A stretch of 64,000 nucleotides of DNA, from the NCBI GenBank assembly GCA_001773135.1, contig MEVX01000006.1, positions 26,515-90,514 on the forward strand. Direction: 5' to 3'. Of this stretch, positions 1 through 9,147 are shown one piece after another. Below the pieces are notes generated by a model. The model was given only the letters and a program-made list of their open reading frames with translations, was not told the origin of the DNA and did not search any database. Positions within the stretch are counted from its first letter, which is position 1. Every line of letters begins with the position of its first letter. Origin of the DNA: a candidate division WWE3 bacterium RIFOXYB1_FULL_43_24 (GTDB lineage: Bacteria; Patescibacteriota; WWE3; UBA101185; UBA10185). A program made the translations under genes and the position numbers.

Positions 1-372
1 GGCGGCAGAGAACGGGAGTATATACTAGCCAACACGTTCGAGGCGGTGCTGGGCGCCCTTTACCTTGATAAAGGACTTGAAAAATGTAGGAAGTTCTTGG
101 AAAAAGAGCTTTTTTCCAAAATCTCCAATATAGTCGACAACGACATTTTTAAAGACTCGAAATCTCAATTCCAGGAAATGGCTCAGGACAAATTCGGCGT
201 AACCCCGGTTTACCAGATTATAGATTCCTGGGGGCCTGACCATGAAAAAACCTTTAAGATGGGCGTTTTCATAGGTAAAGAGAATTGGGGCATCGGAGAA
301 GGGAAGAGCAAACAAAGGGCAGAACAGGCAGCAGCAGAAAGTGGTTTAAAAAGGATGGAAAAGGGCGATTAA
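1..372 (+). CDS. rnc: Ribonuclease III, C-terminal part (5' end lies outside the window)
   Basis: Frame 1 reads ...LANTFEAVLGALYLDKG..., the RNase III catalytic/dimerisation signature. It is followed by a dsRBD-like segment (GPDHEKTFKMGVFIGKENWGIGEGKSKQRAEQAAA). The frame is open from base 1, so the gene starts before the window. Confidence 0.85.
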   Translation, partial: GGREREYILANTFEAVLGALYLDKGLEKCRKFLEKELFSKISNIVDNDIFKDSKSQFQEMAQDKFGVTPVYQIIDSWGPDHEKTFKMGVFIGKENWGIGEGKSKQRAEQAAAESGLKRMEKGD

Positions 373-389
373 AGGTTATTGTTGAGGTG

Positions 390-418
390 TAGACAACCCT
401 AACCCCATCTGCTAAAAT
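390..418 (+). promoter_or_regulatory. Putative sigma70-type promoter for the rpsP operon (TAGACA, 17 nt spacer, TAAAAT)
   Basis: TAGACA at 390-395 and TAAAAT at 413-418 are separated by a 17 nt spacer, 10 nt upstream of the rpsP ATG at 428. Identified by eye only. Confidence 0.35.
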
Positions 419-427
419 CAACCAGTT

Positions 428-790
428 ATGTCGGTAACAATCAGATTAACAAGAACAGGACGAAAAAATTTACCATCTTACAGAGTGGTGGCTACGCAAA
501 CCAGAACTAAAAGAGACGGTAAGTATTTGGATTTAATCGGTTACTATAACCCGTCTCAGACCCCTGCTGCATTTGATTATGACAAGAAAAAATACCAGGA
601 TTGGATATCAAAAGGCGCTATCGTTTCGGACGCCGTGAAAAAAATGGTAGAAGGAAAATACGAATACACAAAGTACAGACCGGGTAAAGAAGAAGCTGCA
701 GAAAAAGGTTCTGATAAAGAAGCAGTACAAGAAAAACCCGCAGCCGAAGAAACCGCGCCCGCAGCCGAAGAAACTCCCGAACAGGCTTAA
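428..790 (+). CDS. rpsP: 30S ribosomal protein S16 with a Lys/Glu/Ala-rich C-terminal extension
   Basis: The N-terminus MSVTIRLTRTGRKNLPSYRVVATQTRTKRDGKYLDLIGYYNP is the canonical S16 sequence. The protein is about 120 aa against about 80 aa typical, and ends in a low-complexity EEAAEKGSDKEAVQEKPAAEE tail. Confidence 0.9.
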   Translation: MSVTIRLTRTGRKNLPSYRVVATQTRTKRDGKYLDLIGYYNPSQTPAAFDYDKKKYQDWISKGAIVSDAVKKMVEGKYEYTKYRPGKEEAAEKGSDKEAVQEKPAAEETAPAAEETPEQA

Positions 791-791
791 T

Positions 792-1034
792 ATGAAAGAC
801 TTCATAACCTACATTGTCCGACAAATAGTATCCAATCCCGAAGCGATTGAAGTTGAGGAAATCAACGAAGAAGGCGTTTTCGTTTACACAATTTCCGCGG
901 CTAAAGAAGACATGGGTACGTTAATAGGCAAAGAAGGAAGAAACATCAAAAGCATCAGAAATATGGCTAAAGCTAAAGCAATCAAAGACGACATAAGAAT
1001 AAGTGTTAACATAAAAGAAGATGATCAGATTTAA
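792..1034 (+). CDS. KH-domain RNA-binding protein (UPF0109 family)
   Basis: An 80 aa ORF sits immediately after rpsP, in the position held by the KH protein in rpsP-KH-rimM-trmD clusters. It carries a GKEGRNIKSIR (GxxG-like KH) motif. Confidence 0.7.
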   Translation: MKDFITYIVRQIVSNPEAIEVEEINEEGVFVYTISAAKEDMGTLIGKEGRNIKSIRNMAKAKAIKDDIRISVNIKEDDQI

Positions 1035-1689
1035 CGTTCTCACTTTATTTCCCGAACTTATACAACCTCATTTAGAATTTTTACCTTTCAAAAGGGCGGT
1101 TGAGAAAGACGCAGCTGAATATAAACTTTGGAATTTGAGAAAATACGCCCGTGACAAACGCGGTACAGTTGACGATAAACCTTATGGAGGGGGCACCGGA
1201 ATGCTTCTAATGCCCGAACCTATTTACGACGCACTCCACGACATACATAATGAGCCGCCGGAAGATATTGTAAAAAGAAGTGCCGTGAGAATAATATTGC
1301 TATCTCCGCGGGGCAGGAAATACGACCAAAAATATGCGGGGGAACTATCAAAAGCACAGGAAATAACACTGATCTGCGGAAGATATGAGGGGGTGGACGC
1401 CAGAATAGAGGAAAATTACGTTACCGATGTAATAAGCATAGGCAACTACGTAATATCAGGTGGGGAAGTTCCGGCATTGGTAATTCTTGAAAGCGTTACA
1501 AGATTATTGCCTAATGTTATTGAAAAAGAGGACGCCATCACAAACGAGTCGTTCACAGAGGGCAACATCGAGTACCCCCAATACACAAGACCGGAAATAT
1601 TTAAAGATAAAAAGGTGCCGGACGTGCTTCTTTCCGGTAATCACAAAGAAATAGAGAAGTGGAAAAAAGAAAATTCTCCGTCGGCGTAA
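1021..1689 (+). CDS. trmD: tRNA (guanine37-N1)-methyltransferase
   Basis: The protein begins MIRFNVLTLFPELI and contains YGGGTGMLLMPEP and a conserved SPRGR..D motif. Its length of 222 aa is typical. Confidence 0.9.
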   Translation: MIRFNVLTLFPELIQPHLEFLPFKRAVEKDAAEYKLWNLRKYARDKRGTVDDKPYGGGTGMLLMPEPIYDALHDIHNEPPEDIVKRSAVRIILLSPRGRKYDQKYAGELSKAQEITLICGRYEGVDARIEENYVTDVISIGNYVISGGEVPALVILESVTRLLPNVIEKEDAITNESFTEGNIEYPQYTRPEIFKDKKVPDVLLSGNHKEIEKWKKENSPSA

Positions 1690-1703
1690 TTATTAGTCAA
1701 AAA

Positions 1704-2576
1704 TTATAAGTCGAAAGGTGTCTCGGGTTCTGTTTCCGTCTGCTCTGTTTCCGTCTGCTCTACGGGCGCTTGTTCTGCGGGCACCTCAGCAGGAACAACC
1801 GATTCTTCCGTCTCTTCAACTTCTTCGTTGTTAACTATGTCCGGATTTAGAAATTCGTAGTATTTATAATCCTTTACACTATTCATAAATGCAACAAAAT
1901 CCGGGGAAGTAATATCGAGAGTAATAGGATCATCGGTAACCGCGATTGATTGAACGTACATATAAGGAGAATCGATGTTGACGTTAACGTTTAGCAGACC
2001 TTCCTGTTCCGCTGCTGAAGATTGACCAAACCTGAACGTGGTCACGTAGGCAATCCTCGCAGCTTTTTCAATTTCCTGCATAAACACCACCATTTGTTCG
2101 TGAGAACCGGTCACAGTCGCGGCGATATTAACAACCCCGCTTATGTCGTCTTTCCGCTGGTCTGAAGTAGCATCAGGATTCACACCTGTTGCCCCGGTAT
2201 AGGAATAATTCAAGCGATCGACGGCCATTCCGGCATTGGTTGCTATCTGATGTATTTGATCCAAAAGTTGGGGTACGTTGGACTCAGAGACGTAAAGCTT
2301 TTCAACAAGATCAGCATTTTCCTGTAATACAGTATTAAAATCTTTCATCTTCGATAGTGCTACCGACTTTTTATTTAGCACATCTAATACAGCAGTTTGG
2401 GTCACAAGCTGTGCTTTAAGTTCGGTTACTTTAGCATAGGTTGGTTTGATGTATGCAAAAAACAATACGGCGGTAACACCCAGTCCGATAATAGGGAAAA
2501 CAAAGTCCAGGATGACATCTTTTATTACGCCTATGTTTATATCTTTTATTTTACTTTCTATGTTTTCTTCGTTCAT
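1704..2576 (-). CDS. pilO: Type IV pilus assembly protein PilO-like (TM anchor, coiled coil, acidic repetitive tail)
   Basis: Assigned by position after pilM-pilN. It has an N-terminal TM segment (VILDFVFPIIGLGVTAVLFFAYI) followed by a coiled coil. The C-terminus is Glu/Thr repetitive (EQTETEQTETEPE). Confidence 0.6.
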   Translation of the reverse strand: MNEENIESKIKDINIGVIKDVILDFVFPIIGLGVTAVLFFAYIKPTYAKVTELKAQLVTQTAVLDVLNKKSVALSKMKDFNTVLQENADLVEKLYVSESNVPQLLDQIHQIATNAGMAVDRLNYSYTGATGVNPDATSDQRKDDISGVVNIAATVTGSHEQMVVFMQEIEKAARIAYVTTFRFGQSSAAEQEGLLNVNVNIDSPYMYVQSIAVTDDPITLDITSPDFVAFMNSVKDYKYYEFLNPDIVNNEEVEETEESVVPAEVPAEQAPVEQTETEQTETEPETPFDL

Positions 2577-3148
2577 AGTTTTATTTTTGATGTATCGTAG
2601 TTAATTACAATAAAGAATCTGACAGTGCTTTTATTTTGATCGAGAGTTACAGAGTTAAGCTTTACTTCTGCAAATAACTCTTTTAACTCGGGGTCTCCGC
2701 CGGGAAAATCTTTATTTAAAAGACTGTTAATAAAATTAGCTATTAAAATGTAGTTGTCAGCGTCACCGGTATAATTAATTATCCCGTCCTTCACATCCAT
2801 AGCCTCTATTCTTATACCTTCCGGCTGTCTTACCTTAAGTTCTGAAAGCAGACGCGAATAATGAGGCCTGTCAGCTATAAACTTGGAGATGGAGTTGTAT
2901 TTTTTATCCAAATTCCTTACAACAACCTCGGTGGCTGAGAGGGATTTTATTTTGTTTCGTTGAGTATCAATCTGAGAATTCACATCATTAACTTTTGCAG
3001 AAATCTCTGAATGTGTGTAGTAAAGATATCCGGAAACACCCAAACCTACAACCGTGAGTAAGAAAAAGAATATGGTAGTGCCTTTAACCGCTTTCCCTTT
3101 AGCCTGATATTGTACCTCCTCCTGGGGAATAAGATTGATATTTTCCAT
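2573..3148 (-). CDS. pilN: Type IV pilus assembly protein PilN-like
   Basis: A 191 aa protein with one N-terminal TM (TTIFFFLLTVVGLGVSGYLYY) and a fimbrial-assembly-like periplasmic domain. Its stop overlaps the pilO start, and it sits directly after pilM. Confidence 0.65.
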   Translation of the reverse strand: MENINLIPQEEVQYQAKGKAVKGTTIFFFLLTVVGLGVSGYLYYTHSEISAKVNDVNSQIDTQRNKIKSLSATEVVVRNLDKKYNSISKFIADRPHYSRLLSELKVRQPEGIRIEAMDVKDGIINYTGDADNYILIANFINSLLNKDFPGGDPELKELFAEVKLNSVTLDQNKSTVRFFIVINYDTSKIKL

Positions 3149-4180
3149 TTAAACCTCCCTCAGGGCAAGGCCCACGGCTGTTGAATACATGGGACCGTCC
3201 TGACTCAAATCCTTTCTTCTAGGCTCTAATTTAGGTGAAAACTGGAAATTGGCCAACGGGTTGGCGAGTTGGACTTCAAAATCAACATTTTTTGCTACGT
3301 AAGTTAAAAGCTCAGGCATTAGGGCAGTTCCTCCTGTTAATATCAACCTCTTAATCGTAGCAGAGCTGTTGTGTTTTGTGAAGAAAACCGTAGCCCTTTT
3401 TATTTCAAGAATTAAGTTGTCCATTACCGGTCTAATAACGTTAAATATCTTACCTTCGGCCTGCATAGGATCCATACCGTAAACTTTTTTGTACTCTTCG
3501 GCCTGTTGAATATCCAAATTTAATTCCTGTTGTATTGCCTTTGTAATTATGTCCCCGCCTACCGGAATACTCCTGGTAAAACGTACGGCGCCTCCGTATG
3601 TAACAACAATTATCGATCCTGAAAATCCCATATCTACCACAATAGTACCGAGAGGAGCGGCTGCAGAATCCCCTAAAACCCTACCAAGCGCCAAAGTTTC
3701 GGGTTCTATTGCATACGGCACAAGCTTTGCTTTCTTGGCAATGGCGACGTACCTTTCCAAAACTTCTTTCTTGGCAGCGACCACTTGGACATTTATTTTA
3801 TCTTTTTCTGTGAGGTCCGGATCCAGTCTCTGGTACGAAAGATTTATCTGATCAAGGGGTAGAGGAATATATTGCTCGGCTTCGTACTTAACAGCACTTT
3901 TAAGCTCTTTATCGCTCATAGCCGGAACCTTTATAACACGCATAAAAACCTGGCTTTCGTCTAGCCCCATTACGACGTGGGATGTCCCGAAATCCATTTC
4001 CTTAAAAAATTCGGCTATATGCTCTGCTATAGAGTCCAAATCTTCTTTTTTATCGGATAGAAAATTGACCTTTGGATTTTCGTAAGTGCCAATATTTGAG
4101 ATTATCAGCCCTTCCTTACGTTTATCGAGCTCTACGGCTCTAAATGTGCTTCTTCCAAAATTTAAACCTACGATGGGCAT
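3149..4180 (-). CDS. pilM: Type IV pilus assembly ATPase-fold protein PilM
   Basis: The N-terminus MPIVGLNFGRSTFRAVEL is an actin-like (ASKHA) phosphate-1 motif. Length is 343 aa, and ...IVVDMGFSGS... is an internal second actin-fold motif. Confidence 0.8.
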   Translation of the reverse strand: MPIVGLNFGRSTFRAVELDKRKEGLIISNIGTYENPKVNFLSDKKEDLDSIAEHIAEFFKEMDFGTSHVVMGLDESQVFMRVIKVPAMSDKELKSAVKYEAEQYIPLPLDQINLSYQRLDPDLTEKDKINVQVVAAKKEVLERYVAIAKKAKLVPYAIEPETLALGRVLGDSAAAPLGTIVVDMGFSGSIIVVTYGGAVRFTRSIPVGGDIITKAIQQELNLDIQQAEEYKKVYGMDPMQAEGKIFNVIRPVMDNLILEIKRATVFFTKHNSSATIKRLILTGGTALMPELLTYVAKNVDFEVQLANPLANFQFSPKLEPRRKDLSQDGPMYSTAVGLALREV

Positions 4181-4248
4181 ATTAAGATTCTACTATCCTT
4201 TCAAGGCTCATACAAGACTGATTTATCACTATTTTTCGTCTATTTGTG

Positions 4249-5070
4249 TCACTGGGCGTAGCTGTTGGTAAGGTCGGAGGTTTCGCTGGTTTGAAGTAGG
4301 GCATAATCGAAAAAAGCCGGAGCCATCGGATCTGTTTTAAGAACAACGATATGTTTTACAGATCCCCCCGAATAACCACGGGCGTCCAAAATTATTCCTT
4401 GTCTGGGTATGGTTTGCCCGATAGCGGGTACTGCGTATAAAACAGCCTGCTCGTAGTAAGGTTTTATGCGCACGTATTCGGGAGTTCCCGTAGCTGTAAT
4501 GGTAAAACAATTTGGATAACCGTGGTTAGCTCCTGCAGAATCAAATCCATTCTCACTATAAGAAGACGACACCGAATTCACCGCGAAAGAGTTTAGCATG
4601 GTGACCCCGGCCTCTTCGTAAATATAGGCAGCGTGTACCGAGGAAGCCCCGTACCAACAAATATCGAGAGGGGATCCAGAAGCATATCCTAAAAGATTAA
4701 TTTGGCCCGCTTCACCGGACTCCAAATTCAACGAAAAAGGATCCGTGGTGTTTCCCGAATACTCCAACGACACATTCGCACTAACAATATTACCGTTGGG
4801 CTCAGTTATGCTGTAAGTACAGGCGTTTCCGCAGTTTCCAAATGCTATATATTCTTCCAGCGTTTCGTTCGGGACGACAAGAAGACGTTCTATTATCGCC
4901 TCTGCGGCCTTGAGAGCTTTCACACTATCGTCTGTCCTAACCAAACCTTTAAACGCACTTATAAAACGATTTGAGATGGTTATACCTATCGTAGTTGAAA
5001 CAATCATTAAAAAGACCATTACCACAAGAGTCTGCCCTGAATTGTTTTTAAAAATTGAAAAGTCTTTCAT
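4249..5070 (-). CDS. PilX-like minor pilin or pilus-associated protein (paralog A)
   Basis: The start is taken at MKDFSIFKNNSGQTLVVMVFLMIVSTTIGITIS, a PilX-type N-terminal hydrophobic segment. The C-terminus ...APAFFDYALLQ... is shared with the 8271-9146 protein. The ORF-track N-terminal extension (MSIIRRQ...) is probably not translated. Confidence 0.6.
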   Translation of the reverse strand: MKDFSIFKNNSGQTLVVMVFLMIVSTTIGITISNRFISAFKGLVRTDDSVKALKAAEAIIERLLVVPNETLEEYIAFGNCGNACTYSITEPNGNIVSANVSLEYSGNTTDPFSLNLESGEAGQINLLGYASGSPLDICWYGASSVHAAYIYEEAGVTMLNSFAVNSVSSSYSENGFDSAGANHGYPNCFTITATGTPEYVRIKPYYEQAVLYAVPAIGQTIPRQGIILDARGYSGGSVKHIVVLKTDPMAPAFFDYALLQTSETSDLTNSYAQ

Positions 5071-5081
5071 ATCGATAGAAC

Positions 5082-5606
5082 TTAATAGTTTCTGGGAGAA
5101 ACCACATTTATAATGTCCGCGTATTCGTGGCTGTTCCCCAGAGCAGGTGTGAATCTGATATGCATCATTACTGTTTGCGGGGCAACTTCTCCTACCACAG
5201 AAAAACAATTGCCTCCGTATGATGGACACGAAACGAGTATGCCGCTGATCCCGTCGGTGTTAGTTAGAGGTGTGATTGTGGTAGGAGAATACTCTACCTG
5301 TAAAATATTCCCATAAACCCGGTATGTGACACTCACACCATCTTCTTTCTGTATAACAAGAGCGTTAGTATAACCCACAGGACTCACACCTTCAGAACTT
5401 CTTATCTCGCGTTCAAGCTTTAAACCCACAAAATTTGCTTGTTGCTCAACTTCATTTTTAATCTGAGTTTTATTGTAACTGCGGACAAGAGAAACCAATA
5501 TGTCGCTCGTCACTCCGATTGAGATTCCAAGCAGAGCAATTACTACCAATAGCTCCACCAAAGTGAAACCGCTGTCTTTTCTTTTAAGATTAGGTTTTCT
5601 ATTCAT
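5082..5606 (-). CDS. Prepilin-type minor pilin or pseudopilin
   Basis: The N-terminus MNRKPNLKRKDSG|FTLVELLVVIALLGI is a class III signal peptide (N-methylation motif G-FTLxE). The start was set to the ATG that overlaps the upstream stop as ATGA at 5603-5606. Confidence 0.75.
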   Translation of the reverse strand: MNRKPNLKRKDSGFTLVELLVVIALLGISIGVTSDILVSLVRSYNKTQIKNEVEQQANFVGLKLEREIRSSEGVSPVGYTNALVIQKEDGVSVTYRVYGNILQVEYSPTTITPLTNTDGISGILVSCPSYGGNCFSVVGEVAPQTVMMHIRFTPALGNSHEYADIINVVSPRNY

Positions 5607-6067
5607 TTTTGTTGCCAATTCGTAAGGTCAGAATATACAAAAGTTTTTTTGTTCTGGCCGCCTATGTCCCAGTCCGACTGCACGGTCACGTGGATAACCA
5701 TGTTACCGGGTTCAGCCGTAGTAAAAAATCGGGTACTTATGGCAGTGGCTCCCGCCATAGTTACTTTCTGACCGGGCTTTACTACACCTAAAGTAGGCAT
5801 AGTTACATAACACCCGCTCGGAGGGGCACATCCTGTCACCGCAGAAACAAAATCTACCCAAACACTTCCATCTCTATAGGCACGGAGCAATTCCATTTGC
5901 GTGTTGGCTGCTTTTGTACCTTCCATCAATAATGTACTCTGCAGAGATGTCCTTAGTGAAAACAATGTAAGGGAGAGTAGGGAAGTGATGACTACGACAG
6001 AAATCCCCAGCGCGGCTATGACCTCAACCAGTCCTAACCCATCTTGTTGTTTAATAATTTGCTTCAT
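5603..6067 (-). CDS. PilV-like minor pilin
   Basis: The protein begins MKQIIKQQDGLGLVEVIAALGISVVVITSL, a prepilin-like leader followed by a hydrophobic helix. Length is 154 aa. Confidence 0.65.
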   Translation of the reverse strand: MKQIIKQQDGLGLVEVIAALGISVVVITSLLSLTLFSLRTSLQSTLLMEGTKAANTQMELLRAYRDGSVWVDFVSAVTGCAPPSGCYVTMPTLGVVKPGQKVTMAGATAISTRFFTTAEPGNMVIHVTVQSDWDIGGQNKKTFVYSDLTNWQQK

Positions 6068-6072
6068 ATTTT

Positions 6073-6621
6073 TTAATTTGCGTTTTTAATTAAACCGGCA
6101 CGGTTGATAAAAATATCTTTCGAGACTGTGCTGGAAGTATGAAAGAGCCTGATAGTGGTGTTCGGGATGGGCGTCATAACAGCACCGATTCTTTCCAGCA
6201 CCGAACCGTCCTCCATACTAAATAAAAGGCAATGCACGCCGGACGAAGAAATGGAAACATTGACCGGAAGCTCGGTAGTTTGTTGGAGTGACGTGCCCGG
6301 ATCGGTGGTCAAACAAGTACCGGACGAAGTTAGATAAAAACTGTAGGCTGTATTATATCCCGTCGTGGATGAATAAGAGACCGCCCAATACCGGGCGGGA
6401 ACTCCGTTCAGGATTGAATCAGAACCTGTTCCTGTCAACGCCCTATTTTGCAGGCTCCTCAAGTCACTCTTCAAATTCTCCTGGGCCTGCTTCAAAGTTT
6501 GGTTTCTCGTGTAAGATGAAAAAGACGGAATCACTATTCCTGACACTATTGCTAAAATCGAAACAACGATCATCAACTCTACCAATGTAAATCCTTTATC
6601 AGCTGGGTGGGGCAGTTTCAT
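6073..6621 (-). CDS. Prepilin-type pseudopilin (GspH/FimT-like)
   Basis: The N-terminus MKLPHPADKG|FTLVELMIVVSILAIVSGIVIP carries the prepilin peptidase cleavage/methylation motif. Confidence 0.75.
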   Translation of the reverse strand: MKLPHPADKGFTLVELMIVVSILAIVSGIVIPSFSSYTRNQTLKQAQENLKSDLRSLQNRALTGTGSDSILNGVPARYWAVSYSSTTGYNTAYSFYLTSSGTCLTTDPGTSLQQTTELPVNVSISSSGVHCLLFSMEDGSVLERIGAVMTPIPNTTIRLFHTSSTVSKDIFINRAGLIKNAN

Positions 6622-6642
6622 ATGTAAATACTATCACAAAAA

Positions 6643-7134
6643 TTATAGCGTAATCAGCAGTAAGTTTGTCCCCAATTCATATTTGAGAGGATCGTTTCCA
6701 CCGTCCTCCGATGCTTTATCCAAGAGCTGTTCAAGGCGTGTGCTTACTTCGTAATCAACGTTATTGTGAAAATATTCATAATGATAAGTAGCGTCGTTTA
6801 CAGGGTCGGTGGGATATCTTGAAAAGTAATCCGAGAGGTCAACCGGCACCCACCCCGATAGGGCCGAGTACAAATCAGGCGAACCTGCCGGAAGATAGTT
6901 ACTGGAGTACAAAAAATTTTCTAATCCCGGGTATCGACCGTAATCCAGCCTATACTCGTTTATCGCTCGATCCAGTGTTGAGATGTCCGATAATCTTTTG
7001 TTATCTCTAGCTTTTCCTTTTGAAGAAACCGGTGATATTAGAGAGATAGTAACACCTATAAGTATGAGCAAAATTGCCATAACAATAGTAATTTCCAGGA
7101 GAGTAAAACCGTTGGATTTAGAATTCCGTTTCAT
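6643..7134 (-). CDS. Prepilin-type pseudopilin, GspG-like
   Basis: The start is taken at MKRNSKSNG|FTLLEITIVMAILLILIGV. The segment ARDNKRLSDISTLDRAINEYRLDYGRYP resembles the GspG/PulG core (DxxR..L..A). The longer track ORF would overlap the neighbouring gene. Confidence 0.75.
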   Translation of the reverse strand: MKRNSKSNGFTLLEITIVMAILLILIGVTISLISPVSSKGKARDNKRLSDISTLDRAINEYRLDYGRYPGLENFLYSSNYLPAGSPDLYSALSGWVPVDLSDYFSRYPTDPVNDATYHYEYFHNNVDYEVSTRLEQLLDKASEDGGNDPLKYELGTNLLLITL

Positions 7135-7136
7135 TT

Positions 7137-7640
7137 TTAAAAGGGGTTTTGAACGGCGTGACAATTAGTGGTACAGCTACTACACCCGTAGGTAGTGCAA
7201 TTACTTACTTTGTTACAGGGTACATAATCCACGCTGGTTGTTTCCATTTTAGCTACAAGTACGTAGTTGCTGCCGCCACTTCTGTAGTAGTATCCAAAAT
7301 TATTCGTGCAGGAAAATGTTGCAGAAAAACCGTTAGGGTCAACAGGGAGTGTGCCACTATAGTAACTGGATAGGGGGGCGGCGAGCGCCGCAGGAACTGT
7401 CATCCAACCGGCGGGAGTAGCGGGGTAATTACGAAAATCAGCAAATCTAAGCTCCAAAGCCGTTTGGATCTTTTTTAAGTCAGCCACCCTTATAGCATCT
7501 CTTGAACGGGCTCTCAGTTGAGCAGGATTTATGACTGTTATTACCAATCCGCTAAGTATTCCCACAACTGCCATCACTATCATAATTTCTACAAGGGAGA
7601 AACCTTTTATTTTACGTCCATTCAGAAATAAATTATCCAT
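7137..7640 (-). CDS. Prepilin-type pseudopilin, GspG-like
   Basis: The N-terminus is MDNLFLNGRKIKG|FSLVEIMIVMAVVGILSGLVI. It is followed by RSRDAIRVADLKKIQTALELRFADF, a GspG-like block. Confidence 0.75.
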   Translation of the reverse strand: MDNLFLNGRKIKGFSLVEIMIVMAVVGILSGLVITVINPAQLRARSRDAIRVADLKKIQTALELRFADFRNYPATPAGWMTVPAALAAPLSSYYSGTLPVDPNGFSATFSCTNNFGYYYRSGGSNYVLVAKMETTSVDYVPCNKVSNCTTYGCSSCTTNCHAVQNPF

Positions 7641-7684
7641 ATATTAACAATTAACAAAGCCCCGCCGGAGCGGGGCAGGTGTCC

Positions 7685-8125
7685 TTATAAAGCTAAGCAA
7701 TTAGCGTTTCCGCTTGTAGCTGATGCAGTACCTTGTGTTACGTTATAGGAACAGCTGAAAACACACGGGTTTGTCCCGGAGGCTGTACCAGTCACAACAA
7801 TATTCGGGGGTGTGCTGTAATTAATCCCGTATACCGAGCCCGTAGGGTTACCGTTAGGTTGGGTAGCACTAATACCTTCGAAAGTTATACAAGCGACCTC
7901 GGGGTTAAGTCTGGTAGCGGCACAGGCCTGCATCGCGTAACAAACCTTATCCGTGTTTGCGCGCATAACTGTCTCAGCTGATCTTCTTCTTACCTGAGCC
8001 GGATTGATAACTGCGATAACAATACCTGATAAAATACCGATGATCACAATAACGAGCAAAAGTTCAATAAGCGTAAAACCAGAAGCATCTATGAGCTGAG
8101 GATTTCTCTTAAATAATCGTCTCAT
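7685..8125 (-). CDS. Type IV pilin-like protein with multiple Cys pairs
   Basis: The N-terminus is MRRLFKRNPQLIDASG|FTLIELLLVIVIIGILSGIVIAVI. The C-terminal domain contains six Cys residues, suggesting a disulfide loop region. Confidence 0.75.
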   Translation of the reverse strand: MRRLFKRNPQLIDASGFTLIELLLVIVIIGILSGIVIAVINPAQVRRRSAETVMRANTDKVCYAMQACAATRLNPEVACITFEGISATQPNGNPTGSVYGINYSTPPNIVVTGTASGTNPCVFSCSYNVTQGTASATSGNANCLAL

Positions 8126-8270
8126 CTGCTTCTCACCCCCCTCCTTCTATCTAATCCAATTCTAGATTTTAAAATCAATTTAGGCAGTATAAGCATTTTC
8201 TTACTAAATTATGACTTCGCACATAATCGGTGTCAATACGATTCCCTCGATTTAAAACTATTTCTGCACA

Positions 8271-9146
8271 TTAGGGCACGTCGTTGTTAGAGAATAACGC
8301 GTAGTCAAAAAAAGACGGGGCAGTGTTAAAGGATCTATAAACAACTATCGCCTTTGTAGTACTAATATCTCCATCCTGAACCAGCTCTCCCCTTGAGTAG
8401 AGTCTGTACCCCTGTGTCGGGAGCGAAGTGGGATTCACGGGAACTACGGCTATTCTTGATCCCTGAAAAAAGGTTCTGACCCTGAGGCCCGTCATGCCTA
8501 TGACAGTAATATCGTGGCAGTAGGGTAGGGGATATCCTTCCCGGACAGCTTCGCTTGTCCCGTCCGTAAATCCTGTAGAAGAGATGTTCGAAATAAAAGC
8601 GCTAACGGAGGTTTTCAAAAAATTCCGCTCTGTTACAGAGGGACCATATAAAATATATTCAACGGCAGCATTGGCGTTTTCCCAGCAGAGTCTAATTAAA
8701 CTCATCCCCGTTATTTCAATATTTTTGGTCTGGTTTGGAGAAAGATCCACCGCATAGTAACTTGTACTCCCGATTATACCGGTGTGGTTAAAAGTTTGAG
8801 AACTCAGGACGGCTCTGGATTCGATTTCATCCGATGCAGCTTTTGTAAAATTCAGGATACAACGTGTGGAGTCACCCGCAATAGGAGTAAAACCCATTTC
8901 CGTACAATCCGGTGTTTTACTTGATAACCTATCTAAAAATCTGGTGGGTTGGTCCAGCAATCTGTCAATTCCGCCTTCTGCAGCAGCAAACACCCTTGTC
9001 GAAGTATCAGACCTGGGAGCCCGGGAGGACAACTGCAAAGTCCTGCTACTCAAAGCCACTCCTACAGATAAAGCGATAGTCAGGGCAACTAAGACAAATA
9101 AAAGTGCCTGTCCGTTATTATTTAATTTCCCAAACTGTCCTTTCAT
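8271..9146 (-). CDS. PilX-like minor pilin or pilus-associated protein (paralog B)
   Basis: The start is taken at MKGQFGKLNNNGQALLFVLVALTIALSVGVAL, whose ATG ends at 9146 just after the upstream stop. The C-terminus ...APSFFDYALFS is shared with the 4249-5070 protein. Confidence 0.6.
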   Translation of the reverse strand: MKGQFGKLNNNGQALLFVLVALTIALSVGVALSSRTLQLSSRAPRSDTSTRVFAAAEGGIDRLLDQPTRFLDRLSSKTPDCTEMGFTPIAGDSTRCILNFTKAASDEIESRAVLSSQTFNHTGIIGSTSYYAVDLSPNQTKNIEITGMSLIRLCWENANAAVEYILYGPSVTERNFLKTSVSAFISNISSTGFTDGTSEAVREGYPLPYCHDITVIGMTGLRVRTFFQGSRIAVVPVNPTSLPTQGYRLYSRGELVQDGDISTTKAIVVYRSFNTAPSFFDYALFSNNDVP

Positions 9147-9147
9147 A

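Noticed and set aside
608-824. Numerous 60 to 180 aa antisense or out-of-frame ORFs inside strongly supported genes (for example 608-824, 3549-3851, 9877-10972, 17766-18185, 23738-24052, 26275-28088, 29563-30122, 35741-36566)
   Set aside because: They are embedded opposite or out of frame in genes with clear conserved motifs. They have biased, repetitive or Cys/Ser/Leu-rich composition typical of spurious frames, and no start or Shine-Dalgarno context.
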